Of a DNA stretch of 64,000 nucleotides, positions 48,515 through 56,264 are shown piece after piece. The notes below the pieces were generated by a model. The model was not told the origin of the DNA. It saw only the letters and a list, made by a program, of their open reading frames with translations, and ran no database searches. Position 1 is the first letter of the stretch, and each line of letters begins with the position of its first letter. The stretch is from Gammaproteobacteria bacterium (GTDB taxonomy: Bacteria > Pseudomonadota > Gammaproteobacteria > DSM-16500), in assembly GCA_031291255.1 (NCBI GenBank), contig JARLJN010000071.1, positions 7,625-71,624 on the forward strand. Reading direction: 5' to 3'. Position numbers and translations under genes: made by a program.

Positions 48515-49939
48515 ATGAAAATTGATATTTTTAAATTTATCATGACTGCTATGTTAAGCAGCATGTTGCTATCTGCTTGCATGCTAGGCCCTAATTATCA
48601 CCAGCCTAAAGAAGATATGCCTACACACTTTATTGATACTAAAAAAACATCCATTAAAAATTCCCAAAATAAAAATTGGTGGAAGTCAGTATCCGATCCT
48701 ATTTTAATATCTTTAATTAATAAAGCATTAGAACAAAATTTAGATATACAACAAGCGCAAGCCAAGATTCATCAATCGCGTGCAGAGCTGAATATCACAT
48801 CTGCGGATTTATATCCTGAGCTTGATGCAAGTGGTAAATTGGTTCGCGATCATTTAAGTGCGAATAGCGAACTTATTTCTGCTATCCCAACCCAGATACC
48901 ATTAACATATACCGATACAAATATACGATTTGATGCATCATGGGAATTGGATTTTTTCGGGCATACGCGTCGCTCAATAGAAGCATCTAAAGCAAATTTA
49001 GAACGCTCCATTGAAAATACAAATGATATTGCTCTCACAGTCACAGCAGAAGTTGCTAAAGATTATATTCAATATCGTACGTATCAACAGCGTATCATAA
49101 TTGCAGAAGAGACCATTGCATCTTATCAAAAAACTGAAAAATTAGTTAAACTGCAATTCCATGCAGGGTATGCAACTTCAATTGATGTGCAGCGTTTAGA
49201 AAGCCAAGTGTTTTCCGCACAAGCAGCTGTCCCACCTTTACAAGCAGAAGCCAGAGCATCGCTTGCAGCCTTAGCAGTAATGATAGGCGAGAGCCCCGAA
49301 TCACTTTATGAACGCATGAAAAAATATTCTCATATTCCAGTGATCAAATCAGATCATGTTGCTTCTTTACCCTCTGATTTATTACAAAGACGTCCTGATA
49401 TCCGAATGGCAGATCGTGATCTCGCTGCCGCCACTGCCAATATTGGCGTTGCGATCGCAAATCAATTTCCACGTTTTAAACTAGTGGGTGATGTAGGATA
49501 TGACAGTGTTTTTTCAGGCAGTTTATTTCATGCAGCAAGTCGTTATTGGACTTATGGGCCACAAATTTACTTTCCTATTTTTCAAGGTGGGCGATTAAAG
49601 AATGCTGTTAAAGAAAGTAAGGCAGCGCGTGATGCCATATTTGCCAATTATAAAAAAACCATTTTACAAGCATTAGCCGATGTTGAATCATCTATGATAC
49701 GTTTTAATAAAGAACGCAAACGAAATCAGCGTTTGTTATCCGCTTATAAAAAAATAAAATCCACCGTTAAATTGATAAATCTTCAGTATGTGGATGGCAA
49801 AACATCTTTGCTAGACGTGCTAGATGTTGAGAGACAAGCGAATGTTTCACATGATGAATATGTGCAATCGCTAGGTTTAGTTTCAATAAATCAGGTTGCT
49901 CTTTATAAAGCATTGGGTGGTGGGATTTATCAGAATTAG
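48515..49939 (+). CDS. NodT-family outer-membrane efflux lipoprotein
   Basis: Lipobox LLSAC followed by MLGPNYHQP. Two OEP repeats. The ATG at 48515 follows AAAGGA. Confidence 0.88.
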   Translation: MKIDIFKFIMTAMLSSMLLSACMLGPNYHQPKEDMPTHFIDTKKTSIKNSQNKNWWKSVSDPILISLINKALEQNLDIQQAQAKIHQSRAELNITSADLYPELDASGKLVRDHLSANSELISAIPTQIPLTYTDTNIRFDASWELDFFGHTRRSIEASKANLERSIENTNDIALTVTAEVAKDYIQYRTYQQRIIIAEETIASYQKTEKLVKLQFHAGYATSIDVQRLESQVFSAQAAVPPLQAEARASLAALAVMIGESPESLYERMKKYSHIPVIKSDHVASLPSDLLQRRPDIRMADRDLAAATANIGVAIANQFPRFKLVGDVGYDSVFSGSLFHAASRYWTYGPQIYFPIFQGGRLKNAVKESKAARDAIFANYKKTILQALADVESSMIRFNKERKRNQRLLSAYKKIKSTVKLINLQYVDGKTSLLDVLDVERQANVSHDEYVQSLGLVSINQVALYKALGGGIYQN

Positions 49940-50273
49940 ATGCGTTACAGATAGGGTTCCAACTGCATTGATGGACTCGGTTCGAGTTCTAACAATTAAA
50001 ATGTGATATTATTAGTCGTTTTTACGTTAGTTACTGTTAATGCTTTTTCTGAAAATGCACACAGCAAAAATTCAAACTAAAATTGCGATGGATGACCCCT
50101 CTAACTTATGGATTTTTAAGAGATAGCTCATTGATTGACAACTCTACAACAGTTTGTGCAAATATCAACACAAATGCAGGCCATTTTGTTTAATAAATAG
50201 AATAAAAAAGCATTAAATGTTAAAATGAACGTATATACCAGTATGATTGATAAGGCAATTCAAGGAGGGGAAA

Positions 50274-51722
50274 GTGCTGTTATATTTCATTTTAATAGTA
50301 CTGACAATTACCTTCGGGTACTTATTTTTCATTCGCAATAATGAATTAAAAGAATTACAAAAATATGCTGCTACTCTTGAAAATGATCTTCTCCATCAGC
50401 AAATTAAATTTGAGGAAGTCTCTCAACAAAGTGGATTAAATTCACAAATATCTTTCGACGTTACGGCAGATGCTTTGACAGGATTACCCTCTCCGCAAGT
50501 ATTTGAAGATAGAGCATTACAAACATTTCACTTAAGCAAACGTTTCGGTAAGATTTTTGGTATTTTATCTTTAGAAGTAAGCGATATTGATGAAATCAAA
50601 GATAAGTTGGGTGAAGAATCTACTAATAAATTATTTAAAGAAATAACGAGTCGATTGAAAGGTTCTATACGATTAATTGATACTATCTCTCGTCAAAATA
50701 ATACGTTTATTTTGTTATTAGCACAATTAACTGAGCCAGAAGCTGCATCTTACGTTGCAAATCGCATTTTAAGTGTAATAGATAAGCCTTTTATTATTGA
50801 TAATAATACTTTTTCAATAAAGATGAATATTGGTGTTTCTATCTATCCTATTGATGGCGATAATGTGAGTACATTAATGGAGAATGCACATAAAGCATTA
50901 GAAAAATCTAAGAGTACCACAGCTCATTCATTTTATTTTCATAATGAAGATATTCAAGATAAAAGCAATCGTGTGAGTCAGATTGCTAGTATTTTTCATA
51001 AAGCAGATTTTTTAAATCAAATAGTTGTATATTGCATACCTCAAGTTAATTCAACTAATGATAAAGTTGAAGGTGTAAAAGTTTTACCTTATTTGCAAGA
51101 TTCAGAATTAGGTTTATTAGCCTTTGATGAATTCAATAAAATTTCAGAAAGAGAAAATAAAAATCTTTTAATTTTTGAATATGTGCTACACAAGGCCATT
51201 ATTCAGTTTAAGCATTGGCAGGTAGAAGGGATTTCGCCGCAACGTCTCGCGATTAATGTAAGTGGTAAACTCATTCAAGATGAAACCTTTATTTCGAAAT
51301 TGATCTATTTATTGGAAGAAACAGGATTCCAACCTAATTTTTTAGCATTAGAAATAGCGGCTGATAATTTTGCTGAAAATGCAACTTCATTACAGAATGC
51401 TTTTTTGAAAATTTCCGATTTAGGTGTTCAAACATCTATTGGAATTTTTTCATTAGGACATTTAGTTTTGCAAAAAGTCACTCAGTTACCGATTAACTAT
51501 TTAAAAGTAGATGATCGATTGATAAGTAGTCTTACGACTTACACTAATAATGAGAATACATTAAGTATGTTAATGGAATTGTCTAAAACGATGGGCACTA
51601 AAATTATCGCTGAAGGTGTGGATGATGAAAAACAAAAAGTAATATTGCAAAAAATTGGTTTTGAAGTCATGGAAGGAAAATTATTTGGAATCCCCAAGCC
51701 TATAGAATCATTCATGAAATAA
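50274..51722 (+). CDS. membrane-anchored degenerate GGDEF-EAL protein (probable c-di-GMP receptor, not an enzyme)
   Basis: The GTG at 50274 follows AAGGAGG. Single N-terminal TM. The GGDEF-domain fold starts at DALTGLP, but the active site reads SRQNNTF in place of RxGGDEF. RLID sits at the canonical RxxD I-site spacing. The EAL domain has VKVL for EAL, EIAA for EITE and GIFSLG for DDFGTG. Confidence 0.8.
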   Translation: MLLYFILIVLTITFGYLFFIRNNELKELQKYAATLENDLLHQQIKFEEVSQQSGLNSQISFDVTADALTGLPSPQVFEDRALQTFHLSKRFGKIFGILSLEVSDIDEIKDKLGEESTNKLFKEITSRLKGSIRLIDTISRQNNTFILLLAQLTEPEAASYVANRILSVIDKPFIIDNNTFSIKMNIGVSIYPIDGDNVSTLMENAHKALEKSKSTTAHSFYFHNEDIQDKSNRVSQIASIFHKADFLNQIVVYCIPQVNSTNDKVEGVKVLPYLQDSELGLLAFDEFNKISERENKNLLIFEYVLHKAIIQFKHWQVEGISPQRLAINVSGKLIQDETFISKLIYLLEETGFQPNFLALEIAADNFAENATSLQNAFLKISDLGVQTSIGIFSLGHLVLQKVTQLPINYLKVDDRLISSLTTYTNNENTLSMLMELSKTMGTKIIAEGVDDEKQKVILQKIGFEVMEGKLFGIPKPIESFMK

Positions 51723-53903
51723 TTAAAACCCACTTTGCTCAATTAATAATTTCTTTATTTTATATATCACTCTGTATGCATATGAATGTGCCTCTGTTTT
51801 TAACACAACGTCGCCTCTTAGAATTTGATTAATAATAGTAGGTTGTTGAGTCGTCAGTAATACACGGTACACTATATCAACCGGCACAAATTTACCTTCT
51901 TCTGTCGTATAAGTCGCAATCTCTCCACCTAGCTCACTCACATTGAAACAAGGTGTTTCTGCGTAGACATTAGCATTTTTATCTTGTTTTAATTCTTGAG
52001 ACAAATTGCAATTAAGTTCATTTGAGTTGAGTACTTCGATTGAAGAAACAGTAACAGGAATCTTTGAGTAACTCAGTTGGGTAGGGTAGAAATAGCCGGT
52101 TAATTTATTTTGAATAAGATGCCTATCGATTTGGTGCACATAAGCTTCTACTATAAGTTCATTAGGTTGAATCACATCGCCTAATAATTCGTTTTTCATT
52201 ACAACATTACCTTGCTTTAGATCTGACGCCAGCTCCTTAATAACACCATCAAATGGGACTTTTAATGTAAGTGTTTGAGCTAATGCATAAAGTGTATCAT
52301 ATTTCGCTTTTTCTCTATTAATTTCTGATAACAGTACGTTTTTTTGGTGTGAAAATTTTTCATTCACAGAGGCTCTTCGTAATTCCGCAATGGATTTCAT
52401 ATAATCAAGGTAAACCTTTTCTAAATCATTATGAATTATTTGTGATTTTATAATGATAATAGGTTGCTCTGCTTTAACTAGGCTACCTGGTTTTGGCGGA
52501 ATATTTGCAATAATGCCTTCTTCAGGTGCAATTAAAAACCTGTGTGAGTAACTGATGGTGGCAGGAAGAGTAATTGTTTGCTTAACGGGTGTGATAAAAA
52601 TAAGTAATAGTATTGCAGCTGTTGATGTGGTGATTATCGTGTTTACATTCCAACTGAATTTTTCTTTTAATTTAATCCAAGTATGTATTTCTGTAACAAA
52701 GGGTCCTAACATAAAATAATAAAGTTCAACTACAAATAACATAATACCAATTATCTTAACGAAGAAATGGTAAACCAATACCGCAATTCCTGCATACAAT
52801 ACGAATCGATATATCCAAGTTGTTAATGAATAAATGACTAATATATTATGCATATGTGAACTAAATTTTTCGGGTGGTGGATCTTGCCAGCCGAATAACC
52901 AACGACGAATTTGCCAGCGTGTTAAAGCAAATGCACGTGATTGCAGATTTGGCATCTTTAAAAAATCTGCAAAAACATAATATCCATCAAAGCGCATGAA
53001 TGGGCTTACATTAATGAGAACGCTTGCAACCCAATTAACAGCAACTGCGACGTAACAAATTGCTTGTAAAGTCGTATTGTGAGTATTGCACCATATGAGT
53101 GCTGCTATAATAGTTACGTAAGTTTCGACCCACATTCCTGCGAGTGCTATACGCATTCGTGCTTTACTATTCAAGGACCAACTTAATGTAGTATCAGTAT
53201 AAAGTACGGGCCAAAATACAAGAAAAGCAACGCCTAATGAAGGCACTGGAACGCCATACCTTTTGCACATGTAGGCATGACCTAATTCATGAAATAATTT
53301 TGTTACCACAAAAACAACGAGATAGATAAACAAACCCTGTAATGTAAAAATGCTAGAGAATGTGTGAGAAAATGTTTCCCATTGCATGCTAATTTGATAT
53401 AGCGCTATGATTCCTAAGAGAGTCATCACTATTAATGTTGTACGGCTAAATAAAAAATCACCTATTACTTTTGTTTTATCTAATAACTTATCCGGATGGA
53501 ATAGAGGTATTCTGAAAAATAAATAATAATTAATTAACCAATGAAAAGGATTATCATTTTTAAATATTTTTTGTTCTTTTGCACTTTCGTGTATTTGGTA
53601 ACCACTTTGTTTGAATAGAAAATTATTTTTTAAAAAATTAACCATGCTTTCTATATCTTGCATGTCCACATGCAGCGTGGTTTCCTGATTAACCGATTCA
53701 ATGATAGCTTCTGCTGTTCCAAGATCCCATCGGCTCAATAATTCATATTCGACCCAACCTATGATAAAAAATTTATTTCTGCCAGCATCATGAATCATCC
53801 ATTGGGGTTTTCCTTCTAAATCATAATCGCTAAAGGATATATGAATGCCACGTCTTAATAGGGGTAATTTAGTAGAAGAAGAGCTATTTGAGTTGTCTGA
53901 CAT
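51723..53903 (-). CDS. site-2-protease (M50) family polytopic membrane protein fused to a C-terminal membrane-fusion-protein-like periplasmic domain
   Basis: HELGH at 53277-53291. NVSPFMRFDG (the S2P NxxPxxxxDG motif) at 52983-53012. Multiple TMs. C-terminal lipoyl/hairpin/barrel pattern (GSLVKAEQPIIIIKS ... coiled coil ... KVPFDGVIKELASDLKQGNVV). The cytoplasmic N-terminal ~100 aa have a PqqD/RRE-like look (tentative). Confidence 0.8.
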   Translation of the reverse strand: MSDNSNSSSSTKLPLLRRGIHISFSDYDLEGKPQWMIHDAGRNKFFIIGWVEYELLSRWDLGTAEAIIESVNQETTLHVDMQDIESMVNFLKNNFLFKQSGYQIHESAKEQKIFKNDNPFHWLINYYLFFRIPLFHPDKLLDKTKVIGDFLFSRTTLIVMTLLGIIALYQISMQWETFSHTFSSIFTLQGLFIYLVVFVVTKLFHELGHAYMCKRYGVPVPSLGVAFLVFWPVLYTDTTLSWSLNSKARMRIALAGMWVETYVTIIAALIWCNTHNTTLQAICYVAVAVNWVASVLINVSPFMRFDGYYVFADFLKMPNLQSRAFALTRWQIRRWLFGWQDPPPEKFSSHMHNILVIYSLTTWIYRFVLYAGIAVLVYHFFVKIIGIMLFVVELYYFMLGPFVTEIHTWIKLKEKFSWNVNTIITTSTAAILLLIFITPVKQTITLPATISYSHRFLIAPEEGIIANIPPKPGSLVKAEQPIIIIKSQIIHNDLEKVYLDYMKSIAELRRASVNEKFSHQKNVLLSEINREKAKYDTLYALAQTLTLKVPFDGVIKELASDLKQGNVVMKNELLGDVIQPNELIVEAYVHQIDRHLIQNKLTGYFYPTQLSYSKIPVTVSSIEVLNSNELNCNLSQELKQDKNANVYAETPCFNVSELGGEIATYTTEEGKFVPVDIVYRVLLTTQQPTIINQILRGDVVLKTEAHSYAYRVIYKIKKLLIEQSGF

Positions 53904-53919
53904 AACGCTCCTTTACCTA

Positions 53920-55278
53920 TTAAATTCCAATGACTTGACGTACTGATTGTAAAGGCCGTCTTAAGAGATAATAGATAAAAGGTACATAATTACCATATAC
54001 CTTCACTGTGCCTTGGGCGCCAATTTGTGGGCGGTCATCCGCATTAACAAATGACGCATTTAATTGATAAGCGAGTATTCTGTTTGGCATCTGTTTGGCA
54101 TTATATCCAAGCGTAGTAATTTTTATCGGAATAGGATTAAGTTCGCCATAGAGAAATAAATCCCCATTTGCTCCCTTTTCTAATTTTATAATATCCGATA
54201 CGGGAATGGTAATTTTTACTTCTACTTCATATGGATCTGCAATAATAAGGATGCGTTCACCTGTTCGTGCAGGTTGGCCTATCCAGTTTTCTTTGTTATC
54301 AAAAATAACTATCCCATTGACTGGGCTCTTGATATCAGCTTGAGAGAGTAGGGCATTAGTATAATTAAGATGTGCTTTATCAATGTTAATTTGAGCTTGT
54401 AAAATAGGTATTTCAGCATCACTTTCTTTGTGTATGAAACCTTCCTGAATGACAGCGCGTAATTTTTCCTGAGTTAATAAAAGATCTTTTTCACTGACCT
54501 CTGAGCTAGCTTGTAATTCAGTTTTGTCTATACTAAATAAGAGTTGTCCAATTTTTACTGGATTCCCTGGATCAACATAAATTGCTTTAATAATTCCTTG
54601 CATAGGAGAATTGATTAATACTGGAGATTTGGGGATAACCGTTCCTGTTCCTAATACGGATAAGTGAACTGGAAAAAATAAAACTGTCAGTGTCACTATG
54701 CCTGCACCAATAACGTAAGGTTTATCTTTTAATTTTTGCCATGATGGTTTGATAGCTGATTTTGTCAGTGTATTCCAAGTATATTGATAACTTGAAATTA
54801 ACCATCCTAGCATTTTAATTTCTGAATCTGAAAATGGTGTTTCTTTGAAAAAGATTAATCCACCGGTAATCTCATTTGTTTTGTTTAGCAGTGGACACCA
54901 TAAAAAATAGTGAGGCAGTGTTTCAGGCCAGTTATCTGTAATATCACTCAGCTCAGTTTCTGATTGACTGATTAAATGAATTTTTTTCGAATTGACAGCA
55001 TCATCATCGCAAATTTTGTTGATAACATATTTCAGCCATTGATTGGTTGGTGCATGTACATCTATTTCTGCAGTACCTGACTGCATAATAAGATTCGTTC
55101 CGATAAATTCTTTTTTTTGCCACAGATAGGCTGTGTGATATGAAATTAATCTATGGGTTTCATTCGTGCTAAAAAAAGCAAATTCTCTAAGATTACTTAA
55201 TTTGCGTATTTCATCATCTAAGACAAGTAGAGTTGCTAAACCTTCAATTTGTGATTGAATTTTATCATTACTTGGCAT
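53920..55278 (-). CDS. membrane-fusion protein with an N-terminal cytoplasmic GAF-like domain
   Basis: About 175 aa of cytoplasmic region with a GAF-like pattern (...ITGGLIFFKETPFSDSEIKMLGWLISSY). Then one TM, then an HlyD pattern (SPMQGIIKAIYVDPGNPVKIGQLLFSID ... SPVNGIVIF). Overlaps the upstream adaptor gene by 11 nt. Confidence 0.8.
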   Translation of the reverse strand: MPSNDKIQSQIEGLATLLVLDDEIRKLSNLREFAFFSTNETHRLISYHTAYLWQKKEFIGTNLIMQSGTAEIDVHAPTNQWLKYVINKICDDDAVNSKKIHLISQSETELSDITDNWPETLPHYFLWCPLLNKTNEITGGLIFFKETPFSDSEIKMLGWLISSYQYTWNTLTKSAIKPSWQKLKDKPYVIGAGIVTLTVLFFPVHLSVLGTGTVIPKSPVLINSPMQGIIKAIYVDPGNPVKIGQLLFSIDKTELQASSEVSEKDLLLTQEKLRAVIQEGFIHKESDAEIPILQAQINIDKAHLNYTNALLSQADIKSPVNGIVIFDNKENWIGQPARTGERILIIADPYEVEVKITIPVSDIIKLEKGANGDLFLYGELNPIPIKITTLGYNAKQMPNRILAYQLNASFVNADDRPQIGAQGTVKVYGNYVPFIYYLLRRPLQSVRQVIGI

Positions 55279-56176
55279 GGTTTTGCCCTGCCGGTTTATT
55301 TTTTTGATCTGGGTTGTCAGGGAAAATGGCTTGTCCGCTCATTCCGGGTAATAAGCTAGCATCAGGATGAGGGATGCTGCCAGTAATTTTAATGGTTTGG
55401 CTGATGCTTTCAATCTGTGGATCAATTCGTATCACGTTTACTGCGACATTTTTATTTGTTTCATTAATATGTACGTAAAAAAGTGATCCTATTTTTAACC
55501 ATTTTAACCAGTTAGATGGGATTTGAATTTCAAATTCTAAATTTTCAGTATTCATTATTTTTAAGAGTGGATCACCAGGTTTTACTGTTTCTAATGGGTG
55601 AACCATTATTTCTGCGACTGATCCGCTAAATGGAGCTTTAATAATGCATTTTTCAACTATAGCATTAAATTTATCGACTTCGGCTTTTGCTATGGCTGCA
55701 TCTGAATGTGCTTTGACTAATTCAAGTTCGCTGATTGATCCATATGATTTTAACTTTATGGCACTTTCTTCGGCTAAAGTAGCAGTTTTGGATTGAGCTT
55801 GTGCTTTTTCAAGTTCTGCTTGCTGCAGCCTGCAATCTAGTTTGACTAATACGTCTCCCTTTTTAAATTGGCTGCCTTCTCGAACATTGAGTTCAGCTAT
55901 GCTCGCTGCTGTTTCACTAGAGAAAGTCGCGATATCGCTAGGTTGTATCACGACATATTCAGGTGTACCTGAAGAGGGGGTTGGAGATGTGTTTATTGAC
56001 ATTGATAGTGAAGCGGGTAAGTGGTCTAAGGTCGTTTCCGCATATCCAATTTGAGCATAAGAAAACACCAAAAATGAAACAAAATTTAGCACAACCAGGG
56101 ATTTAAGATTATTTTTTGGATAATCTGCGTGTTGTAAATTGGGGCTAGTATCATCTGATAGTGACATACCGTGCAT
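55268..56176 (-). CDS. membrane-fusion protein (short-hairpin periplasmic adaptor)
   Basis: N-terminal TM. Lipoyl halves (ASIAELNVREGSQFKKGDVLVKLD and APFSGSVAEIMVHPLETVKPGDPLLKI). Beta-barrel tail. Confidence 0.85.
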   Translation of the reverse strand: MHGMSLSDDTSPNLQHADYPKNNLKSLVVLNFVSFLVFSYAQIGYAETTLDHLPASLSMSINTSPTPSSGTPEYVVIQPSDIATFSSETAASIAELNVREGSQFKKGDVLVKLDCRLQQAELEKAQAQSKTATLAEESAIKLKSYGSISELELVKAHSDAAIAKAEVDKFNAIVEKCIIKAPFSGSVAEIMVHPLETVKPGDPLLKIMNTENLEFEIQIPSNWLKWLKIGSLFYVHINETNKNVAVNVIRIDPQIESISQTIKITGSIPHPDASLLPGMSGQAIFPDNPDQKNKPAGQNHAK

Positions 56177-56264
56177 CCTATCTAGGTACCCGTTATCTTA
56201 ATTATATACCTAATTAGGGTGTAATAGTGGCAATTTCTTCTGTGTATTTAGAGTGATAAGGTCA

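Noticed and set aside
49960-50000. The sequence ggactcggttcgagttc resembles a tRNA T-arm/T-loop (GGTTCGA). It might mark a tRNA gene or an integration-site remnant in the 334-nt spacer after the NodT gene.
   Set aside because: The flanking bases cannot form the 5-bp T-stem. No acceptor or anticodon arms can be drawn. No integrase or direct repeat lies nearby.
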